A stretch of DNA of 63,537 bases, filler included, from Octopus bimaculoides (GCF_001194135.2; 5 parts of 5 records of this genome joined end to end with filler, not necessarily neighbours in it); one strand, 5' to 3'; shown: positions 38,148-51,030, numbered from the whole stretch's first letter. Notes: a model not told the origin generated them from the sequence alone. Made by a program: numbers and translations.

Positions 38148-38779
38148 GTAGGCTGTCGTTTGCCTTTTCTCACTACATCACACTACATCATCATTATCAT
38201 CATCATCATCGTCATCGTCACCACCACCAGCACCACGTGCTTAGGGCATCAAGGAAAGGCGGGGGCACCACAGAAATGGTAAATGGTTTACGACACAAGA
38301 GAAATCACTTTAAAATTGCTAAAGTAATATTCGAAGGGGTCTATATGATCGGAAATATAATTTCGAAGGGTTCATGGTGTCATAGTAAGAATCTGATTAA
38401 TCCTTTGTTATTTAAAAAAAGCAGGAGAAAATTAAAAAATATGAATAAAGAAGAAGTACACAAAAATAAACGCTGTTTCCCGTCTTATTGTTAGTTTTGT
38501 TTCATTTTTAAAAAATTGAATTAATTTTTGGTTTATGTATGGCAGAGTGAGGGCACCAAATTTTTTAAAGAGCTTAGGGTCTCTATGGCTCTTAATTCGG
38601 TCCAGTCTGCAGTGGTAGACTGGAACGAGGAATCACAACAACAGTCATTTCTGTAAATTTCTCTATAAATTGTAAATAACATCTTAGAATATCAACGAAA
38701 GCACGAAGCCATCGTTAATTTAAATATACACGAGAGACTACTTGTGTTTCTTGGCCATTGTTCATATTGCTTTAAAATT

Positions 38780-39210
38780 TTGACATCAGGCCACAATTTC
38801 GGGAAATTGAGCTAGTCGGTTACATCGACCCCAGTGTTCAACTGGTACTTATTTTATCGACCCCGAAAGGGCGAAAGGCAAAGTCAGCCTCAGCGGAATT
38901 TGATCTCAAAACGTAAAAGCGAACGAAATATCGCTAAGCATTTTGCTCGGCATGCTAACGATTCTGTCAGATTGCCGACTTCGTTAGGACTAATACTGAT
39001 TTCAAATTATGGCACAAGGCCAGCAATTTCGTGGAAAGGGGTAAGTCACTTACATCGACCTCAGTGTTCAACTGGTACTTATTTTATCGATTGTGGTAAG
39101 GGTGAAAGGCAAAGTCGACTTCGGCGGAATTTGAACTCAAGACGTAAAGACGAGCAAAATGCTTACCATTTTGCCCGGCGTGCTAACGATTCTGCCAGCT
39201 CGCTACCTTT
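38780..39210 (-). mobile_element. Two tandem SINE family A copies downstream of the CUB exon
   Basis: Units ~38780-38985 and ~39000-39210, each tacatcgacc.cagtgttcaactggtacttattttatcga...aggcaaagtc...cggaatttga...gctaacgattctg. Confidence 0.9.
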
Positions 39211-39319
39211 ATTAATTCAAATATATTACCAGTAGGTTTCTTGTCTTTCTATGAACGAATTGTAATTCTGTGTTGGCCATAGTTCATAGTAGCTGTTATT
39301 GCTGTTACATATCCCTAAG

Positions 39320-39530
39320 GCGATAAATTGGCGGAATCGTTAACGCGTCAAACAAAACGCGTCGCGACTTTTCTTTTAGTTCTGAGTTCAAATACCGTGA
39401 AGGTTAACTTTGCTTTTCATCCTTTTGTCATCGATGAAAATAAAGAACCAGCCAGGTATTGGGGTTGATGTAATCTACTATGCCTCTCTCGCTAAAATTG
39501 CTAGACTTGTGCCAAAATTAGTAAGAATTA
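39320..39530 (+). mobile_element. SINE family A copy, diverged
   Basis: taaggcgataaattggcggaatcgttaac...ttctgagttcaaat...ttgcttttcatcctt...ggggttgatgtaatc. Confidence 0.75.
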
Positions 39531-39539
39531 TTGTTGCTT

Positions 39540-39596
<57 letters not shown>

Positions 39597-40186
39597 TCTC
39601 TCTGTAAATATGTGTGTGTGTGTATAATTTACTGTTCTATTATCAGTGAGATCAGCAAAAATTTACGCCATCCAGTAAGAGATAAATATCATTTACTATA
39701 AGATAGTATCATGTGTAATATTAAATATGTGTGTGTGTGTGTACACGCACATCGTTTACATTCGTTTTGCGCAATCGACATTTTCTACAACAACGTGAAG
39801 GTCTAATAGTGCCACCTTTATCTCCCTTGTTGATCAGGTATTTGGTTTCTGTCACCTGTTCCTAGATAGCGTAATCCTAGTTTTCTAGGTGAGATGAATG
39901 CATTTATCGTAGGTCCAGGAAAGGTTGCTATTCCTGTCAAAATTATTGGTATTCTTTAGCTTACAGAATATGTATTCATGCGTAACTTTCGTCTGATATA
40001 ATGAATACTTCACTTGCAAATTTCTATTTAAGTAGGTTAGTTAAACTATAGTTGGCTTACCTGGAACAGCTGTACATTCATGGAGCCTGTTCAGAAATTC
40101 TTCGCCTAATCGTATGATTTTGTTATTTTTGCTATCGAGTATGCATAAGAAGTACTCATTTCTTTCTCTATAATTCAGTCATGAAA

Positions 40187-40493
40187 TGGCACTCCGTTGA
40201 TTACGACGAAGAAGGTTCCAGTTGATCCGATGAATCGAACAGCCTGCTCGTGAAATGAACGTACGTGTGGCTGAACACTACACAGATACGCGTACCTTTA
40301 ACGTAGTTCTCGGGGATATTCAGCGGGATACAGACTGTGATAAGGGTGGCCCCTTGAATTACTGCTGCTACTTATTTTTGCCAGTTGAGTGGACTGGGGC
40401 TGCATGAAATAAAGTACCTTGGTCAAGGACACAACGCGTCGCCGAGAATTGAACCCACGGCCTTATGATCGTAAACCGAATACTCTAACCACT
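40187..40493 (-). mobile_element. Chimeric SINE: D-type head and centre with family C tail
   Basis: 40187-40355 matches the family C tail (47050-47220); 40375-40493 matches the D-type centre/head (ttttgccag.tgagtggactg...gaaataaagt.cctt...aaggacacaacgc). Confidence 0.8.
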
Positions 40494-42059
40494 TCGTCCA
40501 TCTTTATGTTCTAAGTTCAAATTCTGCCGAATTCTATGCCAATTAGAGCTAAACTGCTCAACCTTTCTTATCCCTGCGAATTTCTTGTATAATTATGAAT
40601 TCTCCTTAGGTTTGAAAAGAAGCGCTCCACTGTAGCACTTGTTGCTGGTAGTGTTAATATTAATTCACAAAGCTTCATCTGATCCGATATTATACAGAAT
40701 GTAAAGTAAAACTTGAACGGATTTTCCTTTTAGTTCAGCATCTTTGTACAAGGCAGTAAGTTCGCTTCTTAACTTTTAGCTTTCGAAATGATTTCTATAA
40801 GAATTTTTAAGGCAAGTTAGAGATGTTTCCTGGACGTCGTTATTTTGTCTCATTGGATCGAGAAGCGCTGAAAAATGTAATTCATTTAAATTTTGAAATC
40901 GTATCTCAATTTGCTCGCAAATTAAATCTATAATTTTGTAGAACAGCAGAACAGCGGTCTGTATCTTTCTTCTTCTGTTTCAAATGCATCTTTTCTCTTC
41001 TTTATTTGAGGATAAATGCCATCGTCATTAGACAAATTTTTTTTTCATTCAAAACTTTCAGTTTCATTTACTTTACGAATACAGTAGAATACGTCAAATG
41101 TTTTTTTTTTCTGGGGGATGTCAAATGCTGCATTTGTGTAAATAAAAATATCTCCAAACACATTTAACAAAAAGTTGAATTCACAATTTTGTAAATTAGA
41201 ATACAACGCCTGAGCATAGGTGTAGCTTTCCGTGTCTCATTTACTTGAATTATCAATGATGCTTCGGAATATATCAGGAAGTTGCTCATGATATTCACAA
41301 ACTGTTTCTACCGACGAAGTTGGGGCCACTCTTGGAAAACGCTTTTTAATTTCAATATCTAATAGATTCACGCGTTTAGTCGACTTACGAAAAAAAAAAA
41401 AAAGAAAAACTTATCTGTGAAAAAAACTTATCGCATTCGAGAATATTTGCAACCGCTTGAGACACAACTAGATTTAATCTGTGGAGCATACAATGAGCAA
41501 AAAGAAGGGTGTTCTGTAAATTGAAAAGGTATAAAATATTAGTCGAATAAACGCAGAAAACTACGCGCGTTATCCTGTCACCGTTTTTCTGATGGAAGCA
41601 GGATGTCAACTTGCTTCCTTTTTCCTGTGTAAGTGTTACATAACGTAAGATTATATATATCATAGGTATTGCGAATTGACAGAAACTTACTCTGAGCGTA
41701 TAAGTATTTATTAGCAACTAAAACTATTCATTATCAGCTCTTACTAGAAAAAAAATCGTCTTTGTGTCATTTTTATCGGAAAAAAATGTTAAAATATTGC
41801 ACCGAAAAGGATGCAACAGTTCGTGTTGCTTCCTTTGCACAGATTTTTTTGTGTCGTCTGCCTCTGTTTGTCGTCTGATGCTAATTACAGCAATAAAAAG
41901 TCTGATGCCTATGCTGTCATGTAGTTTATATTAATTTTACAGAACATTAAAAGAACGATCTTATGAAAAATAAGCAATGTAGTTTCAATATTGTTTCTAT
42001 AATTTTTAAGGGAAGCATCGCTTCCCTTGCTTCCATGGACCGCACGCCCGTCGTATATG

Positions 42060-42195
42060 CATGTATATTATACATATACATATACGACGGGCTTCTTACA
42101 ATTTCCGTCTACCCGAAGGCTTTTGTCGACCCGACCGAGGCTATAGTAGAAGACATCTTCCCAAGGTGCCACACAGTGGGACTGAACCCGGGACC
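42060..42195 (-). mobile_element. SINE family B 5' part
   Basis: tacgacgggcttctt...gaggctatagtagaagaca...cccaaggtgccac.cagtgggactgaacccgg. Confidence 0.8.
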
Positions 42196-42677
42196 AACGT
42201 GGGCAAATGCATCTGCCAGCTCGCCATCCGAAGAGTTAGAAATATTAGCGTTCTTTCTTGGTTATTTTTAGTTGACAGATAAGGGAACAAATATAGGGCA
42301 CAGACATCCTTGGAATGAAAGACTATTAAAGAAGAAAGCAAATACAGGAAGGGATCTTCTTTGATGCACCAACAATTCTTTAGTCTTCAGTACTTATTCT
42401 TTCCAGATTTCAACACCCTTCTAATATATTCTCGACATATCTATGCATGTCATATTACATTTGTTATATGTACGTTTGGCGTTTTAACACTGTGATCACA
42501 AATATACATTCTTTCCTACGAATATTTTGTGTTCTTCATAATGATAAAGTAAACACGGAGTAGGATGTATGCTGAATATTTGCAGGGGTATATTTCATTT
42601 CAGCTGTTTATGGATATTTTGAGATATTGTATGTATGTATGTGTGTGTGTGTGTGTGTAAATATCCAGACATGTTTA

Positions 42678-42731
<54 letters not shown>

Positions 42732-42751
42732 AGTATACGCACACGTATTTG

Positions 42752-42783
<32 letters not shown>

Positions 42784-42874
42784 TACGTATTTAGACACGT
42801 GCACATAGGCATACGTAAGTATCTAGATGTAGGTGTATAAATATGCCCTCTCAATATACATGCTTGTTATATGC

Positions 42875-42910
<36 letters not shown>

Positions 42911-43390
42911 TCTTTTACTCTTTTACTTGTTTCAGTCTTTTGACTGTGGCCATGCTGGAGCACCGCCTTTTATATATATATATATATATATATATGNNNN
43001 NNNNNNNNNNNNNNNNNNNNNNNNNNNNNNNNNNNNNNNNNNNNNNNNNNNNNNNNNNNNNNNNNNNNNNNNNNNNNNNNNNNNNNNNNNNNNNNNNNNN
43101 NNNNNNNNNNNNNNNNNNNNNNNNNNNNNNNNNNNNNNNNNNNNNNNNNNNNNNNNNNNNNNNNNNNNNNNNNNNNNNNNNNNNNNNNNNNNNNNNNNNN
43201 NNNNNNNNNNNNNNNNNNNNNNNNNNNNNNNNNNNNNNNNNNNNNNNNNNNNNNNNNNNNNNNNNNNNNNNNNNNNNNNNNNNNNNNNNNNNNNNNNNNN
43301 NNNNNNNNNNNNNNNNATATAAATATTTTTATTCTCTAATTCGTGTCAGACATTACCATACGGCCATAGCGGGGTATCCCTATCCATATA

Positions 43391-43442
<52 letters not shown>

Positions 43443-44096
43443 TATCTATATACACACATATATATATATACACATGCATTTAGAGTGTAAGCAAACTAGT
43501 AGTAGTAGTAGTATACAATAATTTCCTGTCTATATGTGTTTGTTGATGTGTGCGTGTGTATGTGTGTGTGTGTGTATGTGTATGTGTGGTGCCTACGCAA
43601 TATTTCACGTGCTGCACATATCTATATGCTAGATTATGTACAAATGTATGTAAACACTCAACTCTTGTACACACACACATATACACACGGACACACATAC
43701 ATACATTTATATATATATATANNNNNNNNNNNNNNNNNNNNNNNNNNNNNNNNNNNNNNNNNNNNTTAATTAATTAANNNNNNNNNNNNNNNNNNNNNNN
43801 NNNNNNNNNNNNNNNNNNNNNGAACTGTGGAGAGAGTATGACATATTCAGGTTATCAAACTAACATTAGATGCCATTCATCATTACATGTCGACGGAACA
43901 GCTTGGTTCTCATTTTAGGAGACATGATCTAATGGGGACAATGCTAATCTTTCGATCGACTTATCTGCGCGACAGAGTTTAACTCGAGACTACACAACCA
44001 CAACATACAACTACAAGTATATTTCACGTATTTTATTGTATTGAAGACGCATTTTTTCGTGAAAAAAACAAACAAAAAAAAAAAACAGTATGAAAC

Positions 44097-44165
44097 CAAC
44101 GGTTGGCTCAGTTGGTTAGAGCGTCGTTCTAATAACGCGAACGTCGTTCAGCCCGATCATGCGGA
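44097..44165 (+). pseudogene. tRNA-Ile(AAT) pseudogene, T-arm and acceptor decayed
   Basis: GGTTGGCTCAGTTGGTTAGAGCGTCGTTCTAATAACGCGAACGTCG closely follows the metazoan tRNA-Ile(AAT) 5' two-thirds (D-arm GCTC/GAGC; anticodon loop CT-AAT-AA); no intact GTTCGA T-loop or paired acceptor stem. Confidence 0.75.
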
Positions 44166-44189
44166 TGGAATTTTGCTAAGTAAAATTTT

Positions 44190-44540
44190 TTTTATCTTTT
44201 ACTTATTTCAGTTTTTAGTTGAATGAATCGACCCCATTTCTTAGTTTTGTTTTTAAGTCTGGTACTTATTCTACCGGTCACTTCTGCCGAACTGCTAAGT
44301 TACAGGGACGTAAACACATAAACACCAGTTGTCAGCAGTGGTGAGATGACAGACACACACACACACACACACACGGCGGGCTACTATCAGTTTCCATCTA
44401 CCAAATCCACTCACGAGGCTTTAGTTGGCCTGGGGCTATAGTAGAAAACACTTGCCTAAGATGCCACGCAGTGGGACTGAACCCGGAACCATATGGTTGA
44501 GAAACAAGCTTCTTACTACACAACCACGTCAGCACCTATA
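44190..44540 (-). mobile_element. SINE family B copy
   Basis: Same architecture as 14735-15143 with a short (CA)n insert. Confidence 0.85.
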
Positions 44541-45479
44541 ACGGTTGTAACCAGACTTAAAATAAGTATACTTTTCTTCCACGATTCCGTATCTACCACA
44601 CCACAAAACACGGTCCTCTACTGTACTGGTCTTGCAATGGTATTTCTCATTGAAAAATGCTGTTGAAACTCTTTTTTGGAAAACCGAACAGTGAACTAAT
44701 CAATAGATTAGACCAGTCTAGTTAAACAAATTAGTATTAAACAATAAACAGTCAAAGCATTACTCCACTCAAATGCAAATACTATTTATACTACTACTCA
44801 CACACAGTGTTTTAGTATAATTAATACGCAAACACAGAGAAAAAAGATAGGAGAATGTGATACATCATCTCGACATTTGCTAGACTGACATGACAAAATC
44901 ACATAAACCGACCACGTTAATTTAATCAATTTATAAACAGCTAAAAGTCTGTCTTTACGATATAACCAGATGCAATTAATTCTTTCCTATAAAAACATTA
45001 ATAAACTTTTTATTCCTCCCTCGAGTGACCGCTTCTATAATGTAATATTATATCTTGGGAAAATAACAAGAAAATCAGTGCTAAACGTCAATGAAGAACT
45101 TCAGAAAATGGTTGAAAAAATGGCATAGCGAGATGACAGTGTGTTTTGAACCATCGGACTCATACTTCTCAGCTTCAGATCACGGATGCCATAAAAGTAA
45201 TTAAGCTCAGGCAATTGTGGATCGGTAAATTAGATCGATTTGTGAGTAGAAATCTTGCTGCCAAACAGTTTACAGAATGTTCTGGAACTTTTTTTTACCA
45301 ACAGTATATAAAAAGGTGGACAACAAAAGAAAGTTATCAGACTCTTCGGGGGTGGGTGGGTGTAATTTATCTCTGTGATGGCTTCTCAATTATTCTATCT
45401 TCAAATATTGATAACAGTTGCAGACACCGCATGGAGTTATGCTGGTTAATCTCATGAAAATAATTTTTGTAATCAATTT

Positions 45480-46910
45480 AAGTGGTATAGGTGGAATTCC
45501 TGTTGTCTCGTTTGTATCCTCTGCTTGTTTTGCTAACAAATAAACCTTCTCTCTGAGACACTAATAACTCAGTTATATCATCTTCTATGACTTCTTCAAA
45601 TCCTATATCCTTTGCAAGTGTTACAATATCTTTCTGAATTTTATGTAGACTTCCTGATTCAGGAAAACTTGCAATGTTACAGATACAGTCTTGCCATATA
45701 TATTTTCCAAGCACTATTCAAAGTTGAATGTTTCCCTTCATCCCATGACTTAGGTATATTATCCACAGCATCCATTATGTTAGATTTCTTACAGAAATCT
45801 CCATCTCTAGGTTTATCTTCCATGTCAATTGTTTTCATAAGTTGTCTGAAAATTCAAATATAACATGCCTTGAAGTTAGCTATCACATCCCAATCCATTG
45901 ACTGCAACAAAGAAGTTGTATTCTTGGGGATATATTCTACTCTCACATTATCAGAAAGGTCATCTAAGTTCACTGGATGGCTCGGTGCATTTTCTAAAAG
46001 AAGTAACGTTTTATTGGAAATATTACACCTGGCAGTGTATCTTTCTACGGTAGAACAAAAAAACATTTGTAAACCACTCTTTGAAAACGCTCTTAGTCGC
46101 CCATATCTTCTTATTTGAACATCAACTCAGAGGTAGATTAAACTTTGTGTAACCCTTGAAAGCCCTAGAATCTTCGGAATGATACACGAATAGGGGTTTT
46201 AATTTCATAATATCAGCAGCATTTCATCCCCAAAGAAGTGTCAGACGATTTTGGAAGCTTTAAAATCCTGGTGTTGATTTTCCTTCTCGAGAAATAAAAA
46301 TTCAAGAAGGCAGGCGCTTCACGAAAAGTGCAGTTTCATCTACATCTTATACTTGCTCTGGTGTGTAGCCCTCTTCACCAATCATTTTCTTCAATTACCC
46401 AGGATAATTAGTAGCAATCTCTGTATCAGCGCTTGCAGTTTTATCAGTCATTTTTACATTGTACAAATTCATACACCTCTTAAACCTTTCAGCCCAGCCT
46501 TTACTAGCCGAAAAAGGTTTTTCATTAGAAGTTTCACCTTCCTTTTTCTGCAAATCATAAAAACATTAGGCGTTTTTTTTTTTTTTTTTTTTTTTGAATT
46601 ACCACCATGTTTATTGGTATTATATACCGATTCTGATCCTCGATCTATACACTCGAAAGTTGTTCCATATTACGCATTACATTAGATCTATGAAAAAATA
46701 AGGTCCGCACAGTTAACGAGCAGCTTCTTGAGCTCCAGATGTAATTTTCTCTCTGTTGTCACGTTCTATTCCGGCTGTAGATGTTATAAGATTTAATGTT
46801 CTGGCAATATAATTTAATTTCTCTCCCGCATCAAGTTTAATATTCATTGTCATCCCTTTATGGTTCTTTTTACACACTTCTTTTGAAATTCGCCGCATCA
46901 ACCATAACAT
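45480..46910 (-). mobile_element. Decayed Tigger/pogo-type DNA transposon (CENP-B-like DDE_1 transposase)
   Basis: Minus-strand pieces: RKNHKGMTMNIKLDAGEKLNYIARTLNL (psq-type HTH), FSASKGWAERFKR (CENP-B HTH), DVDETALF (first D), LLLLENAPSHP...IPKNTTSLLQSMDWDVIANFKACY (DDE_1), DIGFEEVIEDDITELL; many stops and frameshifts. Confidence 0.9.
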
Positions 46911-47049
46911 GTCAGCCTGTGCTGATTGGCCGAATCTATATTCATGAAAGTGTTAATGCCTTTAATGGCTACATATTGCCTTTTATGCGATAATGTTGGT
47001 CTTGAGCTAAGAAATTGCGTGAGTAATGGTTCAAAACTAATGTATGTGT

Positions 47050-47422
47050 TGGCACTCCGTCGCTTACGACGTCGAGGGTTCCAGTTGATCCGATCAACGG
47101 AACAGCCTGCTCGTGAAATTAACGTGCAAGTGGCTGAGCACTCCACAGACACGTGTACCCTTAACGTAGTTCTCGGGGATATTCAGCGTGACACAGTGTT
47201 ACAAGGCTGAACCTTTGAATTACAGGCACAAGAGAAACAGAACAGTAAGAGAAAGTTGTGGTGAAAGAGTACAGCAAGGTTCGCCACCATCCCCTGTCGA
47301 GCCTCGTGGAGCTTTAGGTGCTTTCGCTCAATAAGCACTCACAACGCCCGGTCTGGGAATCGAAACCGCGATCCTATGACCGCGAGTCCGCTACCCTAAA
47401 CACTGGGCCATTGCGCCTCCAC
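47050..47422 (-). mobile_element. SINE family C, full length
   Basis: tRNA-like head at 47422 end (TGGCCCAGTG...TTCGATTCCC); 3' tail ...gatcggatcaactggaaccctcgacgtcgtaagcgacggagtgcca. Confidence 0.9.
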
Positions 47423-48031
47423 TACAAGACTAATCATTCAGCAGAATACAAATATATTAAGTGCTCCACACGCACGTTTAAAAAACAACAACACACTCCT
47501 TAAAATATAGAATGAGTCATATAAAAAATAACATTTTAGGTGGTAGTTCACTATCTTATTAATATTATAGAAGAATGAGCGAGGAAAAAAATTGTAATAT
47601 CATCTACAAGATTTGAGCTCTGTTCCTATATTAAATCGTATGGCTGCGCTAACAACTACGTCAAAGCGACATCACAAGAGTCCCCCTCGCCACCTAAATT
47701 AAAATTAATTACCGAACGAAATTATAAGTAATCTTAGGTGCTATGACGATGAAAAACTGGGATCTTTTCACTTTCATCGGCAGATCGAAAAATTAATTTT
47801 TTGTAACTAAATACTTTCAACCTTCGGACACTGGTCGAATGTGTCATATAAAACATCTTTTACTCTTAGCGTTGTTGAGAAAAGTTTTTATTTACGAAGT
47901 TATTTCGCCTTAAAGTTATCGTATTTCGGTAATTTCAACCAATCAATGACGTGTATTCAGCTGAATTAAATTACTGCTGTTGTTTGTCAACAACAACTAT
48001 CGGCAGTGTATATTTTGTTTGTCACTGTATA

Positions 48032-48087
<56 letters not shown>

Positions 48088-49399
48088 CATACATACATAA
48101 ATACATATATAAATACATACATACATAAATACACACATATATAAATACATACATACATAGGTTCAAGAAAGGAAAAAGACAAGAAAACAACAACAAAACA
48201 CAACGTGAGGACGTGATACAGAGATTATGTTACTAGACGCTCGGGAAAGGAAAGAAAGAGGATTTGACGTTTCGAGCGGAGCTCTTCGTCGGGAACAAGG
48301 AAAGCCCAAAGGAGGGAAAAACGGAGGAAGAAATAATCGCCACCGATGTCCACGAGGTTGTATATATATGCATATAAACACACACACACACACACANNNN
48401 NNNNNNNNNNNNNNNNNNNNNNNNNNNNNNNNNNNNNNNNNNNNNNNNNNNNNNNNNNNNNNNNNNNNNNNNNNNNNNNNNNNNNNNNNNNNNNNNNNNN
48501 NNNNNNNNNNNNNNNNNNNNNNNNNNNNNNNNNNNNNNNNNNNNNNNNNNNNNNNNNNNNNNNNNNNNNNNNNNNNNNNNNNNNNNNNNNNNNNNNNNNN
48601 NNNNNNNNNNNNNNNNNNNNNNNNNNNNNNNNNNNNNNNNNNNNNNNNNNNNNNNNNNNNNNNNNNNNNNNNNNNNNNNNNNNNNNNNNNNNNNNNNNNN
48701 NNNNNNNNNNNNNNNNNNNNNNNNNNNNNNNNNNNNNNNNNNNNNNNNNNNNNNNNNNNNNNNNNNNNNNNNNNNNNNNNNNNNNNNNNNNNNNNNNNNN
48801 NNNNNNNNNNNNNNNNNNNNNNNNNNNNNNNNNNNNNNNNNNNNNNNNNNNNNNNNNNNNNNNNNNNNNNNNNNNNNNNNNNNNNNNNNNNNNNNNNNNN
48901 NNNNNNNNNNNNNNNNNNNNNNNNNNNNNNNNNNNNNNNNNNNNNNNNNNNNNNNNNNNNNNNNNNNNNNNNNNNNNNNNNNNNNNNNNNNNNNNNNNNN
49001 NNNNNNNNNNNNNNNNNNNNNNNNNNNNNNNNNNNNNNNNNNNNNNNNNNNNNNNNNNNNNNNNNNNNNNNNNNNNNNNNNNNNNNNNNNNNNNNNNNNN
49101 NNNNNNNNNNNNNNNNNNNNNNNNNNNNNNNNNNNNNNNNNNNNNNNNNNNNNNNNNNNNNNNNNNNNNNNNNNNNNNNNNNNNNNNNNNNNNNNNNNNN
49201 NNNNNNNNNNNNNNNNNNNNNNNNNNNNNNNNNNNNNNNNNNNNNNNATATGTATATATATATATATATATGCACACATATAATCTATATGTATATAAAT
49301 ATATGTAAATATATACACTCATATTTACATATATATATACACATATACATATGTATATATATATATACAGATATACAGACATATATATATATATATAAT

Positions 49400-49595
49400 A
49401 GTTTGTCTCCCACTACTATTTAACAACGTGTGTTGGTGTGTCCCCATAACCTAGCAGTTCAAAAGAAGACATCGATAGAATAAGTACCAGGCTTTAAAAA
49501 GAATACATACTGTGGTTGATTCAGTCAACTGAAATTCTTCAAAGGCGGTTCCCCAGCATGGCCATAGTCTAATGAATGAAACAAGTAGAAAGAAT
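49400..49595 (+). mobile_element. SINE family B 3' part, diverged
   Basis: gatagaataagtaccaggcttt...aaggcggttccccagcatggccatagtctaatgaatgaaacaagta. Confidence 0.75.
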
Positions 49596-50181
49596 GTACA
49601 TGTACATATATATACGCATATGCACATATATATGAACATATATATACATATACATACATATACTGTATATACACACATAAACATACATATATATATATAC
49701 ACACACACACATATATATATATACACACCTAAATATACATACATAAATATATATATACATAAAAATATATGCATATATATACACATATGTATACATACAT
49801 ATACGTAGATATATATATATATATATATATATATNNNNNNNNNNACATACATACATACATATATACATATATATATATAATGATATTAGGGACAAAATCC
49901 AAAATTACAGGTAAAAACTCAATTAAAATCAATTTATAAAAGATTAAAATTAAATTGAGCTTTATAGATAAAATATATATAAAATATATAGTATTAGGGA
50001 AAATAACCAAGTTTCAAGAACTCATCGATGAAAATCCACTATCACATGTAGAAAAATTAATAATTAAAAACACAATAAATGAGTATAATATAAAGTAAAG
50101 TAAATATCATAAGATATAATATAATATAATATATACATACATCTATATATACACCAATATATATATACATATATGTGTATC

Positions 50182-50220
<39 letters not shown>

Positions 50221-50330
50221 NNNNNNNNNNATATATATATATATATATATATAAATATATATATATATACACATACATATGTATACATATATATATGCAC
50301 ACATATATATATGTATATAAATATATGTAA

Positions 50331-50361
<31 letters not shown>

Positions 50362-50405
50362 TACATACATACATATATACATACATACACACACACACAC
50401 ACGCG

Positions 50406-50517
<112 letters not shown>

Positions 50518-50874
50518 CATACATGCATACATATATATACAAATATGTACATAAATACATTTTGAAAGTAATAGAAATGAAACTAATATATATATAGTAG
50601 CAAAATAACCATCTACTACAATTCATAGCAGTTCGCCAAACGCACTCTAGCCCCACACACCATGAGTCTATCTGTTGCTACTAAATTCAAACTGCGACGG
50701 TTGGAGGGGATAGTCTCGAAATCGACGGTTTTAAACCAACGGAGACAACACTCGCATATGACCTGAGGAAACAACTAGATCTCATTATGTAAACAAACAG
50801 TTGCATAATCAAATGCCTGTTTTCTTGCAGAACTACGTTGCGTTAAAAGAATTGCAGCGATTAAAAAATAACTT

Positions 50875-51030
50875 AGTTCTATATTTAAGAGATGAGGAAT
50901 ACTGTACATTATTTACATCTGACGGATATTTGTCCTCATCCTGTTTGTTAACATAGCGTTTCGGCTGATATGCTCTCCAGCCTTCAAACAAGATGAGGAC
51001 AAATATCCGCAAATAATATAAACAATGTAA
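50875..51030. mobile_element. Penelope-like terminal fragment with an inverted duplication and partial hammerhead core
   Basis: 24-bp inverted repeat (50923-46 / 50986-51009, 1 mismatch); minus strand TGAAGGCTG-loop-CAGCC-GAAAC; agttctatattta motif shared with 58568-81 beside the PLE. Confidence 0.55.

Noticed and set aside
37949-38494. 181-aa ORF as a single-exon gene with a His-rich tail
   Set aside because: Only 37977-38147 lies between splice sites; the His run is an intronic (CAT)n repeat.
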